Shown: positions 51,301-64,000 of the stretch, one piece after another
Layout: each line of letters starts with the position of its first letter
Position numbering within the stretch: the first letter of the stretch is position 1
Source: Paragordius varius
Taxonomy: Eukaryota > Animalia > Nematomorpha
Assembly: GCA_964247055.1 (NCBI GenBank)
Contig: OZ176052.1
Coordinates: forward strand, 7,688,001-7,752,000
Direction: 5' to 3'
DNA length: 64,000 nucleotides
Notes under the pieces: generated by a model
The model's input: only the letters and a program-made list of their open reading frames with translations
Databases searched by the model: none
What the model was told of the DNA's origin: nothing
Position numbers and translations under genes: made by a program

Positions 51301-54300
51301 CATCATTAATGATTATATTTTTTCGAAGTTTGGATTTGAATGGGTCTACCGGTTTTACTGTACCAGATCACAAAGCCAGCATTTTCCATTTTTATAAATA
51401 TATAGATTATCAAAACAATTATTAAAGATAATTTTCTCGCCATATAATAAATATATGTTAAATTCATTTCATATATAAAAAAATTTTATTTCCCAAAATT
51501 TACTTTTAATGCCTTATAGTTTGTCCATAGAAGATGACATTAACCTCTTTAATGCAACGCAAAGTAAAGTTTCAACCGACGGTGATACAGATTATAATGT
51601 GTGCTCTAAACCTAATACCTTTAACAGCCCTGGTTTTTATAGGAGCATTTGTTTTGAATTTCATATCGTTGGACTTGCCCTTAATGCTGTAATATCATAT
51701 CATCGAATCCTTGAAAATGAAGGTTATGTTTTTTTATTACTTTTATTTTTTTACAGATAAATATTTTTAGAGAAAATCCAAGATTGTAAATTGTAATTTT
51801 ATATTATGTCCTTTCATCAATAATGGTACGTATTTTATAAATATACCATATTTTACAAAAGGTATCCTCCAATAAATAAATTTATTTTACCACTACCATA
51901 AATACAATTTGAATAATATGGTAGAAATTAATTCAAATTTTTTCCAAAACAAATACCGGAGACCAATTTGGTTCTGATTTCGATCCCTGGAATAAACAAC
52001 TTTTATCAAATTTATAGGCCTGATACCTGCGTTAGCCTTCCCAACGCACACCAATGTTAACAATGATGGGCGAAATAAAATAACGCTCAAAACTACCAGG
52101 AATGCTATTAATATCGATTCATCTTTTGTTTCATCTGCCGAAACTGGTAATCGCATTGCTAAGAAACGAATGAAAGATACTTCAACCACTCCACATAACA
52201 GAAATTTATCAAGCCTGATAGATAGTTTTAATGCCAAATCAAGCAATGGGACCACACTCGACAACAATACCACTGTTCATGACTATTATGATGGTATGGA
52301 CGAAACACTAATAACTGAGAATCGTGCTCTAGATAAAATGGTAGAAACTGAGACAACTACTTTATTTTACGACGAATTAGCGAATGATTCTGAAAGCTTT
52401 AGGTACGTATTTATAATTCTTAAACATAGTTTTGGGTATCTTAAACACTTTTTTATCCGTAAACAAAATTATTTAGTAGAAAAAATACCATTAATGTGTA
52501 TATTTTTTGATGTATAAGTTATTAATTGTTGCCAATCCGTTTTAAAAAGATACCATTTTGTTGAATTAACCAGTTTTATGTATGAAATAGCTAATGAAAA
52601 AATAATTATAAGTTAAAATAAAGAATTTCCCTATATTATTCATGAATAATCACGGTAATATTGAGCATTATTTCGTATCGTCTTTGTGTAATGGCTAGCG
52701 ATTGTATCCGTATAGAAGCTGTCTAAGTGCGATCCTGCCAGGCGTTATCATCAATGTTGGCAACACTTAAATCATTATTTATTGTTTTTGCCCAGTTATA
52801 AGTTGGTCCACCCCTGCGATTGTTACCTTTGGGATGTAGGGATAAAATTTTATTTGTCCATTGTTATGGAGCACGTTTGATGTGTCCGAAATATCTAAGC
52901 CTATTTTTTCTGAGCATAAAATTTAAAGGTTCGATTAAGTACAGTTGATGTAAATTTGAATTTGACTTATTGGGTTGGAATAAGTTTAGCATCCGTTTTT
53001 CAATGTTCATTAGTTTTTTCTCAATTGAATCTGTCATCGGCCACGTCTCGCTTCCATACAGGAGTATGGGACGTATACCGGCTTTGTAAATCAAACCTTT
53101 GTTTTTTACTGATATGTGTTTATTTTTGAGCACAAATTTAAGTTGATGATATTTTACCCAAGCCTGTTGGGATCTATATTTAACTGATTGGTTTATTCCA
53201 CCTAGGCAATGTATGACACTGCCCAAGTATTTGAAATTATTTACCAATTCGATTTTGGCATCTGTATTTTATGATTTATTGTATTATTTTTGCATGATTC
53301 ACATATAAATTTATCATTGTTGATTAATGTCCCTTTTATAAGCGAGTACTTTTTTGTATACCCACTTACTGCAAGATGTGCATAGGATTGAATAGAGTTT
53401 TACAACTAAATCACATACTCCACATGGAAACTTAGGTCGTTCATATACAGTTTCACCCGTTATCAGCCCCTTTGTTTTGCTTATATTTATTTTCATTCCA
53501 CCCTTTTCTAAGTGTGATTTCCATGTTGATTTAATTCTTCCATTGATGTTGCGGTGAGGAAAATGAGTCCGACTCCCACCTCCACGTTGTGCACCCTGGT
53601 TAATACCAACGGGAGCGGCAAAGGAAAGAAATTATCTGTGTGGGATGTGGTGGAAAATGATAACTACCATTTTTTTCCTATAAAATACCACAATACCTGC
53701 ATTCACACAGATGATAAAGCGGGTTTATCTGGCGCTATAACCAGTTGCTAGAAACAACCAATTTGTAATATATGTAAGCGGAGATGGAACTCTGTAAGCC
53801 CAGAAAGGCGATTCCATAGGTCAGGGACACCGAAATAGTCTCTTGATTTGCAAAGGCATGCAAAACAATCGCCTTAATTAAACCGTATATGAAAATAATG
53901 AATTTGAGCATTATTTGTACTTACTTATTATAATTCATTTAATATAATCATATATATTACCTATATATGTATATATCCTATATATATGTATATATATATA
54001 TATAGGATATATAAATATTGATAAAATCATTGTAAACCAAATTTTTCCACTGATATATGTCGCAATAATTTTAATATTTTATTTCTTATAATCAAACCAG
54101 AGCGCTTCGTAATTTACTCCACACCTGGGTCAGGGACGTTGCCAAAGATTATAATGTGTTTGCCGATAATTTAATTCAACATTTTTATCGTTGGTTAAAA
54201 TCGAGTAAATCACTCATGTATGAACCAAGCTTAGCGCATGCAGTAAATCTCTTAACCCAAAAATTACATCAAGCGGTATATAAAAATATATTACATAATA

Positions 54301-57300
54301 TTTACAATTTTATTCATGATCCCTTAATAAATTAATTTTTAAAATTATTTTCTCTGCAAAAATATTAATACTTTAATTTTATTAGGTGTTAAAACTTTAA
54401 TTTTATTTCATAATAACTTTTAACCGAAAAATGTTGTTGGTATTAGATGCTTTGGATCAACAATTTAAATAAAATAATTTTTGTGAAAAGATCATAAAAT
54501 TGTTGCATATTTTTAATTGACCATTTTTTGAAGAAATAATGAAATTCCAGCAGGAAATTACTAATCATACCATATTTTTCCGCCATTTATGTAGCTATAT
54601 AGGGAGCTTAAAAAATTGGATGTTACAGTTATCCATTCCACTTTTGATACGTTGATTATTGAGTGTGGTAAAGCTGAAATGTCCCAAGCTTTGGCCTATG
54701 TTCAATACATTATGAAAGTGCTTAAAGACCATCCGCTATTTCATGGTTTAACCATGCAAATAAATTATGCTTGGGATATTTTACTTTGGTTAGACTCTAG
54801 CAATTATGCCGGGATTAAAGTTTGTTTGTTGATTATGAAATATTTAATTTTTTATAAAAATAAACTAACTCATTTACTCACTTATCAAGGATTTATTTTG
54901 ATAAGAACGTAAATTTTATGTAAAATACAAATTATCAAGATGTATGAATTTAAAACAATAAAAAAATATGATTTATACAATAAACATTTCCTGGTGAAGA
55001 ATATTTTATTACATGACCATTTTATTTCTTAGGCCAAATTTGATCCTAACGAACATGCAAATGCAAATACAAGGCCAATGTTTAGTGAACCCTTTTCTCG
55101 AATATTTATATGTGATGAAACAAACATGAATTCCACTGTTAACAACGGCCAGTATGGCAATGATTCTCAAAATTATCTGTTGGATTCGCTTGAAAGGGCA
55201 CAAGCCAAAATTGAGAAAGAAAGGGAAAAGGTTGATATGAATTGGACACTATCCCGTTATCTGACTGTCTACCCTGATTGTCAATACTATTTTAATGTAA
55301 CATATTTTAATAACAATAATTTTAAAATTTTTTGCTTTTCCATACTAAAAATAGTAAAAGGACGTAAAAAAGTTTAAATTTTTTTAATTGACATATGATA
55401 TAATAGGACCAAAACATTTTTGTTCCCTCATGCGATTGTATTAAAATATGTAACGGTTAACAAAACTCGAAAATTTAGGTGTAACTAACAGTTTTATCCT
55501 AGTACTCTAAAAATTTTAATAATCATAGTAATATACTATGAGATAATAGCAAATTATAATGCGAATAAGTCAAAATTAATATTTCAGTTTTACGGAATTC
55601 TTTGAAATTCTTTTTTTAGATGATAATTGCTTTGTATGTTATGTCGACATATGATTACTTGCAACAAGAATTAATTCTCCAAGAATTACAAGAGAAAGAT
55701 TATTCCCACCAGCGGAATACATTTTATCACAGTCAAGATGCTGAAAATGATATACTTGGTCAATTAACAAAGAACGAGTATAGCACAATTTAATCAATAA
55801 AATTATATAAATGCTAATTTTATATATTAATTCTTACCAAAACTATGTAAACTTTCTATATTAATTATTAACTTTGCAGATTTTAATTTATTATAGGTTA
55901 ACTCTGTTTAAATTTAGGATTTAATTTTATTTCTTATTTTTAGAAATCCTTGCAAGCATTTGTCACCCGGCCTAATATCTCATTGTCAAAATGTTATCGC
56001 AAACGAGTTTAACGAAAAAATATTCAAGTATATTTAATTAATTTTTACGCCTAAGTATTCTTTATATATGTTCTTATATAATATTTTATTACGTAAAACA
56101 AACTTAGAATAATGCAAAAAGTACAAAAAACGACCCAATCCTTTAACTATGATCCTTGTGCAGAGCCAATTGATACAACGAAAAAGATTCAAGCAACGTT
56201 TTACCGCGAATTTGTGGGTGAGGGCAGAAATATTGCCTTGGATTTGGGCAATTTAATTTGTTATGTAAGTATAAATATTACCCTATGAAATATATTTTTA
56301 ACAAACATTTGCCAATCTTGTAATTTTTAATGATAAACAATAATAGTAAAACTCCATGTATTATGTGGTATATTTATTAATATATGCTGGCAAATATGAA
56401 AACATTGATGATTTATATAAATTTAGGTATTGGGATTAGATACAATCATTTCACAACAAGTTCAAAAGTTAAAACGGAACATTTTAACCATTTTGAATGT
56501 CAAGGAATTTTCTGATCAAGCCGATTTCAAATTGAACCATATGTCGTTTATCCTTAAAGAAGTATAATTTTCGTTAATAACTTTCAATAAGGTTAGTAAC
56601 AGGGTTAATAGGCAATTTTGCACAGTAATAACCAGTTACTAATTTGTGTATTATTGGTCTTTAGACAGGTTAGTTTTCGGGTTATATGCTAATACTACCT
56701 TTGTTTTTGTTAGATGCAGGTAATGCAGGTAAACTTGATATACTTATATTTAAAAAACACACATATTATACCAATCCCAATAAATATTTTAATTAATTAA
56801 CCAGCATGCGCATTCGTATTCAAAAAATATTTTTATATATAAAATCTTTCAAAATCAAATAAATAAAAACCGGTTCAGATTTGAGTTCACATTCTCTGGT
56901 CATCACGATATTTTACCCACTTAATTAAATCTTGCTATTTTAGATTATTTGTGAACATTGTCTAACATGTCGAGATTTTGACGTTTGTCAAGACATAACA
57001 CTTGATGAAGACTCCAACGAGTATATAGATAATAATATAATATATAAAAATTCAAAAATTCTTTATGCATTGGAATATTTAGTTATACCATTTACAGTTC
57101 AAATTCACCCTTGAACAATTCAAATTCACCTTTAAACAATTAAAATTCACCCTAAAAATAAATTATGTTATTTCGAACTAATATAGCTCATTATTAATAT
57201 AAAATATATGTTTATGGTTATTATTTTTTCAGTATTATTTTAATTTAAAACAAAATTTTTATTTTTAAAAAAATATATTAAATATAGGTATTTTTTACTT

Positions 57301-58109
57301 AAAAAACATATTTAATTTGAGAGTGAATTTGAATTGTTCGAGGGTGAATTTGAATTGTTCAAGGGTGAATTTGAATTGTTCAAGGGTGAAATTGAATTGT
57401 AAATGGTATATATTTTTGACAAAGGGCAGGGTAAAATAATAAAATGATTTATTCTCACGCTTTTCGCCAAAAAATTGTTATTAATATAAAATATAATTTC
57501 AAAAAGCTGACTAATTACTTAAATTATATTTTTCACTGATATAGATTGTATTGGTCATGTAGTTGTGGCATGGAATTCGATAAATGTGTCATTGAAAAGA
57601 ACATTATTCAATCAATGCAACAAATAATGAATAGTTTTCTTTTGCAAGATATCTCTTGCACAAAATGTTTCCAGGTAATGGTTAGATTACATAATTTAGA
57701 TGTGGTATAAATGTTTTTTATTTGAAAATCGATAGCGAAGTAACTTATCAAAAAAATTTATAGGTGGCTTTTTTATAGTATAGAGTTGAATATAGATTTA
57801 AAAATTTTATTAATTAAAAGGCGTTTTTGGATATTTTTTTGCATCAATATGTTTCAATGTTGCCATATTTAAATAAAAATGATATAAAAGCAAATGGAAT
57901 ATATATAAATTTTATGTTTAATTACAATTGTTTTATAGCTAAAAGATGATACGATGTCCAAATATTGTGTGTGTAATGGTCCATACAAAACACAAATCAA
58001 CAGTCATTCCTTCCATAAAATTTTGGCAACTTTGCGAAAGGTGGCAAAAACTTTCAAAATGACAACATTAATGGATCTCATAACATCAATTTTTGAATAT
58101 AATATATAA
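32410..58109 (+). CDS. POLE: DNA polymerase epsilon catalytic subunit A, more than 40 exons
   Basis: Spliced exons give GWLINIQP, ExoI AFDIETTK, Exo[12 protein letters not shown], ExoIII YSVSDA, Pol motif [13 protein letters not shown], motif [14 protein letters not shown] and motif C PLELDTDG. Also CysX Fe-S ligands (CAKC..DCQR..TCQREN), the DUF1744 region and C-terminal CysA/CysB. Stop at 58107-58109. Exon boundaries in the divergent C-terminal half are approximate. Confidence 0.97.
33968..34236. mobile_element. TA-flanked MITE, copy 2 (POLE intron)
   Basis: Same TIR as 6561-6843; preceded by a long (TA)n tract. Confidence 0.85.
35386..35625. mobile_element. TA-flanked MITE, copy 3 (POLE intron)
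   Basis: Same TIR family. Confidence 0.8.
38200..39360. mobile_element. Two decayed non-LTR RT fragments with adjacent 5' ends, in a POLE intron
   Basis: Minus strand about 38200-39070: [25 protein letters not shown]. Plus strand about 39095-39360: frameshifted W..A..IPIYKKG..SYRP. Confidence 0.75.
43240..43509. mobile_element. hAT-type MITE, copy 3 (POLE intron)
   Basis: Right TIR GCTGGACACCCTG; left end ATGGCTTCGCGACCG...AAAAATCC aligns with copy 1. Confidence 0.7.
43975..44852. mobile_element. About 880-bp foldback element (POLE intron)
   Basis: Arms of about 400 bp each (43975-44385 and 44420-44852), e.g. GTTGACGACCTAGTTTTTGAA / TTCAAAAACTAGGTCGTCAAC. Confidence 0.85.
45349..45685. mobile_element. 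Tc1/mariner-type MITE (POLE intron)
   Basis: TA|CAGTGGACCCTC ... GATGGTCCATTG|TA; TIR related to 12912-13287. Confidence 0.7.
50372..51406 (-). mobile_element. Composite Helitron locus: 5' part-copy (51406-51015), filler of about 145 bp, internally deleted copy (50868-50372)
   Basis: Reverse-complement match to 2844-3437 including the 5' A|TC terminus at 51406 and the poly-G tract; 3' hairpin and CTAG are missing. Confidence 0.85.
52676..53572 (-). mobile_element. Second RTE copy (POLE intron)
   Basis: Highly similar to 30270-31543 without the insertion; shares the 3' end ...CACAAAGACGATA. Confidence 0.9.
57088..57406. mobile_element. TA-flanked MITE, copy 4 (POLE intron)
   Basis: Same TIR; several tandem 21-bp subterminal units AATTTGAATTGTTCAAGGGTG. 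Confidence 0.85.
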
Positions 58110-58700
58110 ATTTTTTGCTATTACCCACATTAATTATTTTATAAAGTGTTATATATAATCAACAAAAATAAATTTTATAGTATATAATATTATTAAATGG
58201 TGTTATGCTTTTACCATCGATGCACACTCGTAATTTTTTGTATTAAATTCTTAAATTTAGGGTTTAAACTTAAACGTACATAGTGCAAAAAATCAGGATA
58301 TTTCCTGATAAAATATAAAAATGATAGACAATGCATCAGGACTCTCATGGCGAGGTTGATTGTGTACTAGTCATTTAAGACAGTTTTTAGAGGTAAAAAA
58401 CAGAGTCACATCCATACTGTATAATTTTGCGCTCTGAGATATAAAACTACCCCCAAAAAGTAATGGAAAGTTATTATCGGCTGTTATTTAATCGTGTTTC
58501 GGAAAAATGAACCTAATATTAAAAAAAGTATAAAATATAATTTTTTATATGTCACAAAAAAGACAGGTTTGATAATTAAATTTTAACAAAAAACTCTATT
58601 ATAATTATTTTATTTACAGGTTTAAACTCTAGGGTTTACTACATCAAATCGCCTTCGTAAAAGGAAAAGAAGTATTATTTAGCAATTAGTTTCCAAAATA

Positions 58701-58940
58701 TTATATAATATGCAATGATTTGGTATTCTGAGAATAAGTAATTAGCAGAAATATGTAAATATTTAAAATGACTCGCAACGCCAAATATATACCAAAAGCA
58801 TCATAAAAATCACCATCTGTCACAAAAAATATTTTTTCATCATGCCAATTTTTGTATGCGAGCTGTGACCTAATACATGTATACTTCGAAAGTCTCGGAA
58901 GCTGCCCCAGAAGATAGTTTAACCCAAAAGGTTGTAACAT
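58701..58940 (-). CDS. Small unassigned ORF (66-79 aa depending on splicing), possible mitochondrial-targeted single-pass protein
   Basis: ATG in AAAAC context, acid-free basic N-terminus, hydrophobic C-terminal part, divergent from DUS3L. No family recognised. Confidence 0.3.
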   Translation of the reverse strand: MLQPFGLNYLLGQLPRLSKYTCIRSQLAYKNWHDEKIFFVTDGDFYDAFGIYLALRVILNIYIFLLITYSQNTKSLHII

Positions 58941-59074
58941 GTTTTCTTTTTATAAAACAAATAAATCCTAGCTGAAAAACGATAATTAATATTTTAATAA
59001 TTATGGAAAAGGTAGCATGGTAAAAGATTGACAACCATGTTAGGTAAAGGAGTAAAAAAATTTAAAACCCTTTT

Positions 59075-62000
59075 ATGTTTTACCATCAGGACAACCATGT
59101 GTTATCAGTCTCCTCGGATTATATATCACAAAAATTTACTGAAGAAGATATTAATGTTAAACGACGCGGTAGAAATAAAAAAAGACCAGTATTTAAAAAA
59201 GTCAGAACAAATAATTATTGCTCAGACGTAATCAATAAAGGTGAATGTAAGACGATAAATTGTAAATCCATTCATGATATTGATAAATGGATTACTGAAT
59301 TTCCCAGTTTGGATTATATATGTCCGAATTTTGAAAATTTTGGATTTTGTAATAGTGGATTAAATTGCAAATTTTATAAATCTCATTTAATAATTGATGA
59401 TAATTACACCAATGCAATAAATTTGGACCTTTGGCAACGTAAACGTCATTTATTCTTTCCGCGAAATTTGATTAACCCTAAAACGTTGGAAAGCTTGCGA
59501 AAAAATGCCTATAGTTTTAATCACTCCAAACAAATAATTGATAAACTGGAATTAGACAACAAACGAGTCACTTTATCTAAACACCTTAAATTAGTAAATA
59601 CATATGATGTCGCCGATGATTATGATTTTCCCGAAATCAATCATAAATTCAATACATATTGGGATACTCAATTGTATTTAGCTCCCCTAACCACTGTCGG
59701 TAATCTCCCATTCAGGCGAATATGCAAACAACTCGGAGCTGATATAACGTGTGGAGAAATGTCGTTGTCCACTAGTTTATTGAAAGGTAACAAATCAGAA
59801 TGGGCTCTCTTGAGGCGACATGCTTCAGAAGACAAATTTGGAATCCAAGTATGTTTTGCGCATTCCCTTTTTAATACAAAAACCGATTTTTGTTAAAAAC
59901 AACGTATACTCCAGTATGTCCAAATTTATATTGATGAAAAAATTAAAACTATAATTTATGTCAATCAAAATATTTTATTTGATATTTTTTTAACAGCGGA
60001 TGATTTATCAGATAATGCTTATTTAATTAAAGGTCCCCAAATCTATAAATTTTGGTTGTTTTATATTTAAGTTATTTAATAATTGATATAAAAAGTATAT
60101 TGAAACGAACTAAATATGTGTTCTAAAAATTTGTTTTTATCGTGGGTTAGATTTCGTTTCAATAGTTTTCAATCATCAGTGGTGTTAGTTTCGCGATTGG
60201 TAAAATACATGATATTTTTTAAAAGTTGTTTATCAAATATTATATGAAAAGGTTTGCGGTTGTCACCTAGATTCTATGACTAAAGTTGCTCAAATAATAC
60301 GGGATTTACAGGATACTTCATATCAAATTTCTCCATTATATTCGTCTAATAATTCAAACGAATTTTATGATGAATGTGTCAGCAATTTTGGCGTTGATTT
60401 TGTCGATATAAATATGGGGTGTCCGCTTGATGAGGTTTGCAATAAAGGAGCTGGTGCCTCTTTAATGACCAGATTGGATCGCACAATGACTATTGTTAAA
60501 GGTTAGTTTTAGTTAAAAATAAATTTAATCATTTTTGGACCGTGTTATATAATATATACATATATTGCGTTACATTTATTTTAGTGAAATTTCATGCTAT
60601 GGAATCTAGATATTTTAATGAAGTCTAAGATTATAAACTGATAACTAATAAGGTTTGTGGATTACGTCTGAATAAAACCATTTTTAATTTTTACATCATA
60701 ATCCTAACGTTTATATTACAATAAATCCATTAATTATCAGGTATATCATTATTGTATATTTTTTAACGAATTTCGAAACATTTGATAATTATATTTCGAT
60801 TTGAACCATATAATTTGTGTTGATTTTTACTACACTTTTTCAAGTTTTTTTATTTTCATGAGTTAGATTTAGATTATGATTGCTAAAGTATCAAAATCAA
60901 TTTGATACCATTAGGTATGAGATCGATGTTGCCTTCAAGTGTTGCCCTTACATTAAAAATGCGGACAGGTATAAAGGATGAAACACATTTGGTGCACAAA
61001 CATATACAACATTTAGCAACACTAACTGATGGTATTAAACGAATAAAGTTATCACCATCACATAACAATAATTCTCCCAATCTAAACAATGATGTGGAAA
61101 ATAAAAATTGGAATTTAGTATCCCTACTTACCATACATGGTAGATCCAAAAATCAACGATATACTAGGCGTGCTGATTGGTCCTACATTAAATCTTGCGT
61201 CGATTTAGTTTCCGAAAACAAAGAAAATTTTACGCTGCCTATATTTGGTGGCGGGGATGTATATACACCCGGAGAATATTATTCTCGCCTTGCAGAATCT
61301 GGTACTTTTTTCATGTATAATTAACCGAAATATATGTATTGTATTATGGTAATTACGAAATTCTTAATGTATTTTATTAGGGATTGGAACCGTTTTCAAT
61401 TTCTTTTCCAAATCAACTTCAATCTCTGGTCCTTGTTCCACATTTTTTTGAATAAAATGCGGTTTTGAGCCAAATGATTTTGGCCCTAAAGATTATTTTC
61501 CTTAAAATAATTAGGTTTTAAGTTTTGTTGTTTTTTGCCAAAATAATTTGTTTGGTTTGTTTTTTCGGTAAATGGTTAAGATTTAGTTTCATTAAATTGG
61601 AATCCTAAAATTTTAACATCAGGATAAAATGTCAAAACAATTATGATATAAAATATTAAAATTTTTATGTTTTGCTTTTTATGAATCGAAAATTATCCAA
61701 AGTTAATAGAGAAATAAAACAAGTAAAGTTTATGTTGTTTTAAAAAGTTATAAAATTTTTACAACCGATGTTTTTTGGTTAAAACAGTTTTTGGAAAGGC
61801 TTTATATTTTTTGATTAGGAGTTTCTGGGATAATGATTGGCCGTGCAGGTTTGATTAAACCTTGGATTTTTACCGAAATAAAGGAGAGACGAGATTGGGA
61901 TATATCAGCTACCGAACGACTTGATATGTTTAAAGAATATGTATCCTATGGTCTTCAGCATTGGGGATCTGATACATATGTAAAAATATTTTTGCAACTT

Positions 62001-62465
62001 TTGTGTTTTTATTATAATTTGTTAATTGATGGAAATGTATTTAAATATATGTTGTGGTATATTTAGGGTCTTGAAACAACACGCCGTTTTTTGCTGGAAT
62101 GGATGTCTTTTACTCACAGATACATTCCGTTAGGGATTTTAGAAAAGGTTCCATCTACCATTGTTGAAACATATCCATATCACCATAACAACCATACTCA
62201 ATTTAATGCGGAATGTATTAAGCTTTTCAATGAGGAAAATGATATTAGGGGACTAGCAAATCATAAGTATATTGGACCTGTAACGATTAATACCAGAACC
62301 CCCTTTCGTCACGCTCAATATGGGAGAACGGATCTTGAACAATTGCTTTCAAGTTCTGATTGTAAGGATTGGATAAAAGTTACAGAAATGCTTTTGGGCC
62401 CTGTTCCCATTGATTTTAACTTTTTACCAAAGCACAAGTCTAACTCGTATGAAAGCAATGGCTAA
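59075..62465 (+). CDS. DUS3L: tRNA-dihydrouridine(47) synthase [NAD(P)+]-like; exons about 59075-59848, 60252-60502, 60917-61303, 61820-61979, 62068-62465
   Basis: KRRGRNKKR, two CCCH fingers, [16 protein letters not shown], catalytic [33 protein letters not shown] and C-terminal [10 protein letters not shown]. Start may instead be 59037. Confidence 0.95.
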
Positions 62466-64000
62466 TTCACAAAATTCTCCCTTATTGTAAACACGTTGTG
62501 CATATAATAAATTTTTCATTATAATATTTTATGTAGGTTTTTTTGTGATATAAAGTATATAATTAAGATTCACACTTTAAAATTATAGGTAATAAATTAA
62601 AAAGAAATTTTTTTAAAATTATACCTAATAAAAACAAAATTATCAGTTAACATTTTGTGGTTAAATGTCAATTGAGAGAAAAAAATTATTAGAAACCTAC
62701 ACAATACTAAATTAATTTTTATTTTTAAAATTGGATCAACTTAGATTAATTAAACTTGACGGCTAGTAAAAATATATTGGTTACTTCAGAGGTTTTGTAA
62801 TAAACATTACAAAAAATTAACCTATTATTATATCGCAGCCTAAAATTTGAATTTTGCCATAATTATGTAGAAAATGCGTTATAAGAATTTTTGACTGGTA
62901 AAGAAAGGAAATTAGCCAATTTACTTTTTCTAATATTAACATTATTTATACGTCAAATTTAAAAACAACCATAGGGTGGCATCCGATCGGTTATGAATAG
63001 AGCCATAAATGCAGGTGACGGTCTTTATCTTATAAATAATTAGCCAAAAACCACCAATATATGTTGATCATGTTTAAAGCTTTATGAAAATAAGGTATAA
63101 AACATCAATAAATTATTTCTTATTAATAAATTTTGCTCTATTAAAACCAATAATTTGAACGGCTAACTACTTAATGGCCAAAACTTGGCAAATTAATAGA
63201 TAATAATAGTAAAATAGGCAATCGGTAAGCATGCATATTAAAAATCTTCTCCACTAAAGGCATGACACCATAATATTCAGTTTTAATTTTAAAATAGAAA
63301 TTTGTGAGGAAATGTAAAAATTTGAATAAAAGTGGGTGTCAAAAACGTTAAGTTACACTCTGACTCTAATTTTTTGAATTATATAACTCAATAGCTGAGA
63401 TGGAGAAACAATAAAGATATGATTTTTTAATCAAACAAAAATTAATTTTTATAAGTTTTAAGGCTTATTAAATATTTTAGTAACCTAATTTAGTTGTTTA
63501 TATTTTTCCATCTTAGGGTAAACGGGTTAATCACATGTTATAATACAAAAAGTTAAATAAATCATTTGCAAAAATTAGTGTTATTAGACAACACGGATAT
63601 TTTATATTATTTTGCAAGCTTTAGCCAATTTTTTTTATAAAGAAAATTCTTCAAAATCGGACAGGTGCCTAAAATCAGTTTTTGGAGTTCATCCACCTTA
63701 TATGCAGCATGGCCCCTAAATTTTTTATCTTTTTCATCGAATTCTGAAAAATGAATTTCCCCATCCAAAATTATTAAAAACAGACTCCAGTTTAAAGTCT
63801 ATGGATATAAATTTGATAATTAAAAAAGTTACTCAATATGTTTTTATTGTATAATATAGCAAAAAAGGAATATCAATGATTTATCAATTAAGAATTAATC
63901 ACATTTATTATAGTCATTTATATGAATCATAGCTTTTGTTATACGTCATCAAACGCTTAACAATCACATTTTATTGCACATCGTTTTTACAATTTTCAAA

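Noticed and set aside
57300-57406. Tandem 21-bp repeats as a CRISPR-like array
   Set aside because: No unique spacers, eukaryotic context, and they are MITE subterminal repeats.
1-64000. tRNA, rRNA or U12-type introns
   Set aside because: No cloverleaf, rRNA motif or AT-AC/GTATCCTT donor seen at the exon boundaries I mapped; a covariance-model scan was not possible.

Overview
AT-rich, intron-containing eukaryotic (animal, probably protostome invertebrate) genomic DNA. Genes read manually by splicing exons and comparing with remembered human/insect orthologues: prohormone convertase 2 (PC2, + strand, 13 coding exons, 10627-21104); two secreted proteins with a 4-Cys variant of the chitin-binding peritrophin-A domain (21699-22407, 22790-23676); an intronless peptide-type rhodopsin GPCR with a frameshift (23771-24713); a Complex I subunit NDUFC2-like gene (- strand, 32335-31792); a 25.7-kb DNA polymerase epsilon catalytic subunit gene (POLE, 32410-58109); a small unassigned ORF (- strand, start 58940); and DUS3L (59075-62465). 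Intergenic DNA and larger introns carry non-autonomous Helitrons, hAT, Tc1/mariner and TA-targeting MITEs, long foldback elements and decayed RTE-type LINEs. The main observation: four GT-AG micro-introns of 22, 23, 29 and 29 nt are needed to build POLE and NDUFC2. All four lie within about 500 bp of the 74-bp gap between the two divergent start codons, while the other confidently placed introns I measured are 53 nt to 4 kb. No databases were searched; orthology calls come from recognised motifs.
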